Below are positions 57,643 through 64,000 of a stretch of DNA of 64,000 nucleotides, in pieces; within the stretch, counting starts at the first letter, position 1; every line of letters starts with the position of its first letter. The notes beneath the pieces were generated by a model that was not told where the DNA came from, did no database searches, and was given only the letters and a program-made list of their open reading frames with translations. Both the position numbers and the translations under genes were made by a program. The DNA lies in NCBI GenBank assembly GCA_037441675.1, contig JBBIRS010000002.1, forward strand, positions 71,249 through 135,248, in the 5' to 3' direction. Source of the DNA: Planctomycetales bacterium (GTDB taxonomy: Bacteria > 4484-113).

Positions 57643-58824
57643 TTAGAGCTTCTTCAAAAATTCTTTTATTCTCCTAAGTGCCTCATTGATATTGTCACGA
57701 TTATTAGCGTAAGAAAATCTTAAATAGCCTTCCCCCATTTTACCAAAAGAAGTTCCAGCAAGACAGGCTACTCCACCTTCATGCAAGAGGCGGTCTGAGA
57801 GAACGCTTGATTCTAAGCCAAAGGATGAGAAATTTGGAAATACGTAAAACGCGCCTTTAGGCATCTTGCAGGTGACGCCATCAATTTCGTTCAACCCTTC
57901 CACTATCAAGTTTCGCCTAGCCTTAAATTCTTCAACCATTTTGTCTACCTCAGATTGGTCACCCAATAGCGCCTCCGCACCAGCAATCTGGGTAAATGCA
58001 GCAGTGCAGGAATTAGAGTTATTCATTAGCTTAGTCAAATACCCTGCAAGCTTTTCATTACAACAAGCAAAACCGAGCCTCCAACCGGTCATGGCGTAAG
58101 TCTTCGAATGTCCATCTAACAAAATTATCCTGTCAAAATGCTCGGGGAAATTCATCACGCTGATATGCTCGCCTTCGTAAATAATCCTTGAGTACACCTC
58201 ATCACTTAAAATCCAGCAGTTATGTTCCTCCGCCACCTCCATTACAACCTGCATATCCTCTAAGGTCATTACACCACCTGTTGGATTTTGAGGAGTGTTT
58301 AGAATGATAAGCTTAGTTTTTCCCCCTACAAGGCTTTTGAACTCATCAGGATCAAACCTGAAATCATTTTCTTCCCTTAGAACATAAGGAACAGCTTTTG
58401 CCCCAAGAAAGCTCACAACTGATGAGTAAATTGGATAACCAGGATCGGGATATACAACCTCATCACCTTCCTCAATCACCGCCAGAGCAGATAGGAAAAG
58501 CACCGGCTTAGCACCGGGAGTGATAACAATGTTTTTATAGGATACATTAGAACCATACCGTTTATTTAAGGCGATGGCATACTTCTCGCGCATCTCGTAT
58601 AAACCTGCAGATGGCGTATAGTGAGTTTTGCCTTCGTTTAGGGCTTTAATAGCTTCAGATGTAATATTCCTAGGCGTATCAAAGTCTGGCTCGCCTATCT
58701 CTAAGTGGATTATCTTCATGTTTTTTTCAGCCTCTAACTGATTAGCCTTTGCAAGGACCTCAAATGCGGTCTCTTGTCCTAAGCGCTCAAGCCTTCTTGC
58801 GTACATATTTTTATCATTGTCCAA
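57643..58824 (-). CDS. PLP-dependent class I/II aminotransferase (aspartate aminotransferase-like); probable start TTG 58824
   Basis: GEPDFDTP, PQNPTG, SDEVY, SKTYAMTGWRLG; AGGAGG SD before TTG 58824. Confidence 0.93.
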   Translation of the reverse strand: MDNDKNMYARRLERLGQETAFEVLAKANQLEAEKNMKIIHLEIGEPDFDTPRNITSEAIKALNEGKTHYTPSAGLYEMREKYAIALNKRYGSNVSYKNIVITPGAKPVLFLSALAVIEEGDEVVYPDPGYPIYSSVVSFLGAKAVPYVLREENDFRFDPDEFKSLVGGKTKLIILNTPQNPTGGVMTLEDMQVVMEVAEEHNCWILSDEVYSRIIYEGEHISVMNFPEHFDRIILLDGHSKTYAMTGWRLGFACCNEKLAGYLTKLMNNSNSCTAAFTQIAGAEALLGDQSEVDKMVEEFKARRNLIVEGLNEIDGVTCKMPKGAFYVFPNFSSFGLESSVLSDRLLHEGGVACLAGTSFGKMGEGYLRFSYANNRDNINEALRRIKEFLKKL

Positions 58825-58924
58825 TTTGGAGCCTCCTGAGAAGAGTAATTGTGCGTATATAATATTAGCATACCTTGAATATATTGCCTCAAAAGGGAAA
58901 GGTAATTTTGGGAAATAATTCACT

Positions 58925-60625
58925 ATGAGAATTATTAATCCTCTTCCGATCCTTTCAGCGGATGATATAAGGCAAGTTGACGCTTATAGCATTGAAAGGT
59001 GCAAGATTCCAGGCGTTGAGTTAATGAGAAGAGCTGGTGAAGCAGTCTTTGAAGAGTTTAGGATGAGGTTTCCCCAAAAAACCACATACTTTATTGTTAT
59101 ATGTGGACTTGGAAATAATGGCGGAGACGGATTTGCCTTTGTCCTGAAATGCTGGAGAGAGGGTTACAGGAATTTCAAACTCTACGTTGCGTCTGAGGAT
59201 AGAATGAAGGAACCGTCCATTGACGCGAAATATTACTTGCAAGAACTTGGCAGTATAGGAATTTCCCCTTGTGTAATCGACGGCTCAACTGCACTTCCCA
59301 TTGAGAATTTCTCGGTAAAAGTAGATTCTCTTTTCGGCATAGGGCTTTCCAGAATACTCCCACCATACTATAGGGAAGTTATAAATTCGTTCAACGCGTT
59401 GCCGGGCTTTGCCATCGCGGTTGATTGTCCGAGCGGTTTGAATAACACCACAGGAGAAGTTGAGGGGGCATCGGTAAAAGCGGATCTGACCGTCACAATG
59501 GGCTATCCAAAGATTGGCTTCTTCAGCAGAGAAGGCTCGGAGTTGGTGGGAGAGCTGGCTGTCCACGATATTGGGCTGAAGTCGTATCAAGAGGTTGGGA
59601 TCAAGCCAAACCACTTCTATTTCCCAACTGAGTTCTTTATCAAAAATCCCATCCCGCCAAGAAAGAGAACCGTGCATAAGGGTGATTTTGGGAAGATACT
59701 CGTGTTAGCGGGAAGCAGGGGCTTTTCCGGCGCAGCTAAGATGGTTGCAATTTCTTCGCTAAGAGCAGGCGCTGGTTTAGTTCGTCTATTCGTGCCATTT
59801 GAAATTTATGAGGTGGTTGCCTCTTCACTCACCGAGGTTATGGTTGACTTTTATCTACCCTTTGGGTTTTCTGAATGCAGTGAAGGTCTTGATAAACTAG
59901 AACCGCATATTATTTGGGCAGATGTTCTCGCAGTTGGTTCTGGCTTATCCGAAAGAGTTGAACTTCAAGAAACTGCTTATAGTTTGATAAATTCATCATT
60001 AAAGCCAGTAATAGCAGATGCGGAGGGCACATTAGTTATGCGCAAGTGGTTGGAAGATGTAAGAGCGACCAAGCGGTTAGTGCTTCTGACACCTCACTTG
60101 GGTGAACTATCAAAACTTTCCAACCTGCCAATTGAAGAAGTCAAGAAAGACCCCAGGAGGGTAGCTATTGGGCTAGCAAGCTCTCTTTCTTGCTACGTCT
60201 TGGCTAAATCCTCTCTGACTTTTCTCGCGACACCGCAAGGCTTCATCCTTTACCCGCCTCAGGGCAGTCCCGCCCTGGCTAAAGGGGGAAGTGGAGACAT
60301 CCTCGTGGGCGCTCTTTCCGCTAGAACCGCTATTGCATTAAAAGCTTCAGATACCGGGCATTCCCCTTATGATGGAGATTATTTAACGAAGGCCTATTAT
60401 GATAAATATCCTAGCGAAATTCTCTCTTCGTTAACAGCAACTTCTATGAAAGTTAAAATGCCAGCCTATACTGAACCGCATTTGGGGTGGATTGAAGGGA
60501 TTATGCGCGGATATTACCTCTTTGCGGATGCGTCAAGATTTTCAAAAGAGTTCTATAAAGATGAAGAGAAAATTCTCGCATCAGAGATTGCTGAAATGAT
60601 TGATACCGGTAGAGATAGTGATTAA
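58925..60625 (+). CDS. nnr: Bifunctional NAD(P)HX epimerase/dehydratase
   Basis: GNNGGDG, DSLFGIG, VDCPSG (YjeF_N); HKGDFG, TPHLGE, AKGGSGD (YjeF_C). Confidence 0.93.
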   Translation: MRIINPLPILSADDIRQVDAYSIERCKIPGVELMRRAGEAVFEEFRMRFPQKTTYFIVICGLGNNGGDGFAFVLKCWREGYRNFKLYVASEDRMKEPSIDAKYYLQELGSIGISPCVIDGSTALPIENFSVKVDSLFGIGLSRILPPYYREVINSFNALPGFAIAVDCPSGLNNTTGEVEGASVKADLTVTMGYPKIGFFSREGSELVGELAVHDIGLKSYQEVGIKPNHFYFPTEFFIKNPIPPRKRTVHKGDFGKILVLAGSRGFSGAAKMVAISSLRAGAGLVRLFVPFEIYEVVASSLTEVMVDFYLPFGFSECSEGLDKLEPHIIWADVLAVGSGLSERVELQETAYSLINSSLKPVIADAEGTLVMRKWLEDVRATKRLVLLTPHLGELSKLSNLPIEEVKKDPRRVAIGLASSLSCYVLAKSSLTFLATPQGFILYPPQGSPALAKGGSGDILVGALSARTAIALKASDTGHSPYDGDYLTKAYYDKYPSEILSSLTATSMKVKMPAYTEPHLGWIEGIMRGYYLFADASRFSKEFYKDEEKILASEIAEMIDTGRDSD

Positions 60626-60679
60626 GACGATAAAGCCTGCTTGGGCTATCGCTTAGAAAAATACTCACAAAATAGTAAG

Positions 60680-60785
60680 CCGAGGCGAGAGACACAGCGA
60701 CGAGGATCCAAACCGCTTAGGGCTGCTACCTTCCGGTCCTGACCCAGTTTGCGGCGGTTCCACCCGCTAGTTCTCTCAACCCCGG
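60680..60785 (-). ncRNA. ffs: Small bacterial SRP (4.5S) RNA
   Basis: Minus strand contains GTCAGGACCGGAAGGTAGCAGC (domain IV with GGAA tetraloop) inside a long hairpin with complementary ends; TTGAAC-17-AATACT upstream. Confidence 0.93.
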
Positions 60786-60847
60786 TAGTATTTAATTTTA
60801 TCAAATCTTGTTCAATGTTAAATTCAAAATCCGTTTCAAAATAGCGC

Positions 60848-60876
60848 TTGAAATGGATGTTAGGACTTAGTATAAT
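60848..60876 (+). promoter_or_regulatory. sigma70 promoter of tRNA-Phe
   Basis: TTGAAA-17 nt-TATAAT. Confidence 0.8.
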
Positions 60877-60892
60877 CGTTGTTGAAGCTAAG

Positions 60893-60965
60893 GGCGGGGT
60901 AGCTCAGGTGGTAGAGCAGGGGACTGAAAATCCTCGTGTCGGCGGTTCGACTCCGTCCCCCGCCA
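60893..60965 (+). tRNA. tRNA-Phe(GAA), CCA not encoded
   Basis: GGCGGGG/CCCCGCC acceptor stem, D arm GCTC-AGGTGGTA-GAGC, anticodon loop CTGAAAA, TTCGA T loop; followed by TGC. Confidence 0.97.
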
Positions 60966-61024
60966 TGCTTGTTCATGGGGTATCTTTTGTTTTCATTAAA
61001 TTTTTTTAAGGTGCTTCAAATCAA

Positions 61025-61053
61025 TTGACAAGGTTGAACTCTAGGTGTATAAA
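61025..61053 (+). promoter_or_regulatory. sigma70 promoter of the pit operon
   Basis: TTGACA-17 nt-TATAAA. Confidence 0.65.
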
Positions 61054-61161
61054 TCTCGCTTCAGAATTTTTGAGTCTATGCTTATGGTCAATCAAGTAGC
61101 TTGATAGTTGAACTCTTCCCCCCTTGGGAATTAATTTTAGGACAAAAGGGCTAGACAATAG

Positions 61162-62205
61162 ATGTTAACCGTCGTCATAATTGGAGTAATCCTTGCATTC
61201 ATATTTGATTTCGCCAATGGTTGGAAAGACTCAGCAAATTCCGTCGCTACAATAGTTGCGACCCGAGTGCTTAGGCCCCTTTGGGCTGTTGCTTGGGCGG
61301 CTATGTTTAACTTCTTTGCAGTGTTTCTACTTGACGTGAAAGTGGCAAGAACAATCGGGAAGGGAGTAATAGACCCCTCAGCAGTGAATGAAATCGTAAT
61401 ACTAGCAGCCTTTGTCGGAGCGATAATTTGGACGGTCTGGTGTACTTATCTAGGTTTACCTATCAGCGTAAGCCACTCGTTAGTCGGTGGGCTTTTAGGG
61501 GCAGGGTTAACGCATGGTGGAATTTCTATCATCGGATGGCGAGGTGTAGGAAAGATAGCTCTATTTATGGTACTCTCACCGATTATAGGAATGGTTCTCG
61601 GTTACATCCTCGTTGCAATTGTAAATAGAGTACTATTTAGGGTAAATAGACGGGTAACCGAAGCATGGTTCAAGAGGTTTCAGCTGATAAGCGCTGCTTT
61701 TTATAGTCTTGGTCACGGCACTGCTGATGCACAGAAAACTATGGGGGCGATATCGGTGCTACTTTTTACTGCCGGTATGGGTGTGAACCCTGAAGGTAAC
61801 TGGCTTGTTCAATCAACATTTGATAGCGGAGGGTTTGTTCCCAACTGGGTAGTCTTTGGCTCACATGCAGTAATTGCGCTAGGCACTCTGATTGGTGGAT
61901 GGCGTGTGATTAGAACGCTGGGTATTAGGCTTACTCATATTAAACCCAGAGAAGGTTTCTGTGCGGAGGGCGCGGCTGCAGCTTCTCTTATCTCCACCGC
62001 GTATTTGGGCATCCCTGTTTCAACGACCCACACCATCACTGGCGCTATTATGGGGGTTGGTATTATGAGACGGCTTAGCGCTGTAAGATGGGGAGTTGCC
62101 GCAAACATTGTCGCTGCATGGGTATTAACAATCCCTGCTTCAGCTATTACCGCTGGACTGGTTTATATTCTATTAAGAACTTTATTCAAATATCTAGGCA
62201 CCTAG
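61162..62205 (+). CDS. pit: Inorganic phosphate transporter (PiT family)
   Basis: NGWKDSANSVAT, PISVSH, GHGTADAQK, PVSTTH. Confidence 0.93.
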   Translation: MLTVVIIGVILAFIFDFANGWKDSANSVATIVATRVLRPLWAVAWAAMFNFFAVFLLDVKVARTIGKGVIDPSAVNEIVILAAFVGAIIWTVWCTYLGLPISVSHSLVGGLLGAGLTHGGISIIGWRGVGKIALFMVLSPIIGMVLGYILVAIVNRVLFRVNRRVTEAWFKRFQLISAAFYSLGHGTADAQKTMGAISVLLFTAGMGVNPEGNWLVQSTFDSGGFVPNWVVFGSHAVIALGTLIGGWRVIRTLGIRLTHIKPREGFCAEGAAAASLISTAYLGIPVSTTHTITGAIMGVGIMRRLSAVRWGVAANIVAAWVLTIPASAITAGLVYILLRTLFKYLGT

Positions 62206-62217
62206 GAGGTTGAAAAT

Positions 62218-62856
62218 ATGAGGCTTAGCCACATTCTTTTCCCCCAGGACAGGAAGTTTTATCAATACCTGAACGACGCATCCGCAAATCTAGTAATGAC
62301 TGCAAAACTCCTTTATGAAGCAGCGGAAAAATTCACTGACCTTGAACGATATGCGAACGAAATGAATAAATTGGAGCATGAAGGAGATAGGATAACTGGC
62401 GAATTAACCAGACTAATAAATCAGAGTCTTGTAACACCCCTAGACCGGGAAGATATTCATGACTTAATTCAAGCTATTGATGACGTTGTGGACATTACAG
62501 AAGGAGTGCTTGAAAGAATCGTGCTTTATAAGATTTCCCAAAGACGAAAGGAGTTTCCAATCCTCGCATCCGAACTAGTATCAGCCTCCGAGGCGATTGC
62601 GGAGGCGGTGGCAATCCTAGATAGACCAAAGCTATACGAAAAAGAGATGCCAAAGTCCTTTGAAAAGATAATTCAAGCAGAAAAACGAGGAGACAAGGCG
62701 TATAGGGCTGGAATTGCTGAAATGTTTAACGGTGCTGGCGAGGATATTATAGGTGCAATAAAGTGGCGTGAAGTGCTGGAGCATCTGGAAGATGCACTAG
62801 ACGCTTGCGAGAAGGTTTGCGACATCCTTCAAGGCATCGCCATTAAAGGCGGGTAG
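62218..62856 (+). CDS. DUF47 (PhoU-like) Pit accessory protein
   Basis: EHEGD, TPLDREDI, DDVVD, LEDALDACE; adjacent to pit. Confidence 0.92.
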   Translation: MRLSHILFPQDRKFYQYLNDASANLVMTAKLLYEAAEKFTDLERYANEMNKLEHEGDRITGELTRLINQSLVTPLDREDIHDLIQAIDDVVDITEGVLERIVLYKISQRRKEFPILASELVSASEAIAEAVAILDRPKLYEKEMPKSFEKIIQAEKRGDKAYRAGIAEMFNGAGEDIIGAIKWREVLEHLEDALDACEKVCDILQGIAIKGG

Positions 62857-62927
62857 GTAGAGCTTCTCGCCATACTAGGAGCTTAATTCTTTGAAAAGGT
62901 TTTAAGCAAATCGCCTGAATCTTATCT

Positions 62928-63377
62928 CTACTCTATGATAACCTCACCTTCTACCTCAACCCGGGTATTTAGACTAGCTGAAACCAAGCAGTATTTGTGA
63001 GCTTTTTCAAGAGCTTCCAACGCTTTTGCGCGCATCTCTTCATTAGGAACTGTTATCTTTGGCTTTATCCAAACTTTAGCGAAACGATACTTCTCCCCAT
63101 CGTGTTCAACTAATCCCTCCGCATCCGCTTGATATGCGGAAAAAGCTACGTTCATTCTTTCCGCAAAGGATTCAAAGGTCATTAGCGTGCATGCAGAAAC
63201 CGAGGCTAGAAATAAATCTTCGGGACTTATGATACCCGCATAGCCCTTAAATTCAGGCGGACTTGCAACAATAAGAGTTGGTTTGTCTTCAGCAAAATCT
63301 ACTTCGCCTATTCTAAGTGCCTTCTTCGTAATTCTGCATTTGTAGCTAAATGACTTGAAAGTCTTCTTAATTTCCAT
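62928..63377 (-). CDS. OsmC-family protein
   Basis: PPEFKG, SPEDLFLASVSAC...AHKYCLVSASL. Confidence 0.9.
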   Translation of the reverse strand: MEIKKTFKSFSYKCRITKKALRIGEVDFAEDKPTLIVASPPEFKGYAGIISPEDLFLASVSACTLMTFESFAERMNVAFSAYQADAEGLVEHDGEKYRFAKVWIKPKITVPNEEMRAKALEALEKAHKYCLVSASLNTRVEVEGEVIIE

Positions 63378-63562
63378 AATTAATTCCTGAATTTAGTTAA
63401 CCCTTAATGTCGGATTATACAGTAAACCTTTCTTCATCTTCCCTCTCATCAGAGCACTTTTTTTACTATCCAAATAGCTCCAAAATCATTTTATTAGGTT
63501 AACTGCTCTATTATGTAATAATAATACTGTTAAGTCTTAATTGAGCAATACGAGGTGATGAT

Positions 63563-64000
63563 ATGATTGCGCGAAGGCTTTTCTTGATGTGTCTTATATT
63601 CTTCCCTGCTATTATTGCCATTTTCTCTTTCTCTTCTTTCGCCAAAGATACAGAAGCGATAAAGGCGTTAAAAAAGGGGGATGCTTGCGGAAAATATGAG
63701 AGTGATGAATCCGAATGCAACTGTTGCTTTGATAAAGATAGAAGCGCATGGTTTCATAAACATAGGCACGGGGATTGTTGCGGGAAGATTGATAAAGATT
63801 ATGGTAGCCGAAGGCAATTTAAGACTAAACTAAAACACTCGCGTAAATTCCCTCACCATTGGCCTAGATTCCTAGCAAGACCAAGTGATGTCCCACACAA
63901 GTCTCATATGAAAATTCGCGGAATTCCACGGATGCTAGCGTTAAAAGGCAATTCTTCCGCGCTTTTAATAACGGATAACCAGCGAGTAAATCTTGAACAA
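63563..64000 (+). CDS. Secreted Cys/His-rich protein, possibly Spy/CpxP-like (runs off the window edge)
   Basis: Not in the ORF track. GAGGTG SD, ATG 63563, open for 146 codons: signal peptide MIARRLFLMCLIFFPAIIAIFSFSSFA, then CNCC, HKHRHGDCC, and LLITDNQ at the edge. Confidence 0.65.
   Translation, partial: MIARRLFLMCLIFFPAIIAIFSFSSFAKDTEAIKALKKGDACGKYESDESECNCCFDKDRSAWFHKHRHGDCCGKIDKDYGSRRQFKTKLKHSRKFPHHWPRFLARPSDVPHKSHMKIRGIPRMLALKGNSSALLITDNQRVNLEQ

Noticed and set aside
2312..63720. Numerous short antisense or alternate-frame ORFs in the track (e.g. 3630..4043, 13092..13670, 42408..42788, 63511..63720)
   Set aside because: They overlap well-supported genes and have no motifs; shadow ORFs.

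Overview
64 kb of bacterial chromosome, moderately AT-rich, standard genetic code: TAA, TAG and TGA all terminate intact housekeeping genes. RNase Y, a Gram-positive-type DnaK, a SufCBD-SufS-SufU operon, gatCAB and pepQ-efp synteny suggest a deep-branching Terrabacteria-like lineage (inference only). Most of the window is housekeeping: rbfA, xseB, recA-rny, efp, hypE, a tRNA nucleotidyltransferase, ispA-dxs, rnhB, lipA, recR, suf, pgi, gap, gatCAB, nnr, SRP RNA, tRNA-Phe and pit. No CRISPR array, rRNA, prophage or IS element is visible. The most unusual elements are: (1) a four-gene specialised Hsp70 module (1326-aa repeat/TPR protein with a non-HPD J-domain, extended GrpE, DnaK paralog, zinc-ribbon-TPR protein) next to a Lia-like envelope cluster; (2) an Obg homolog with an intact Obg fold but all GTPase motifs erased; (3) a MerR regulator with CxxC-x8-CxxC heading the suf operon, with an operator-like dyad and a divergent His/Met-rich secreted protein; (4) two giant PKD/Kelch lipoproteins and a cohesin lipoprotein sharing a Cys-poly-Gly N-terminus; (5) a type II R-M pair broken by in-frame stops; (6) further degenerate enzymes (NadE, GGDEF). 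All calls come from manual motif recognition; no database searches were run.
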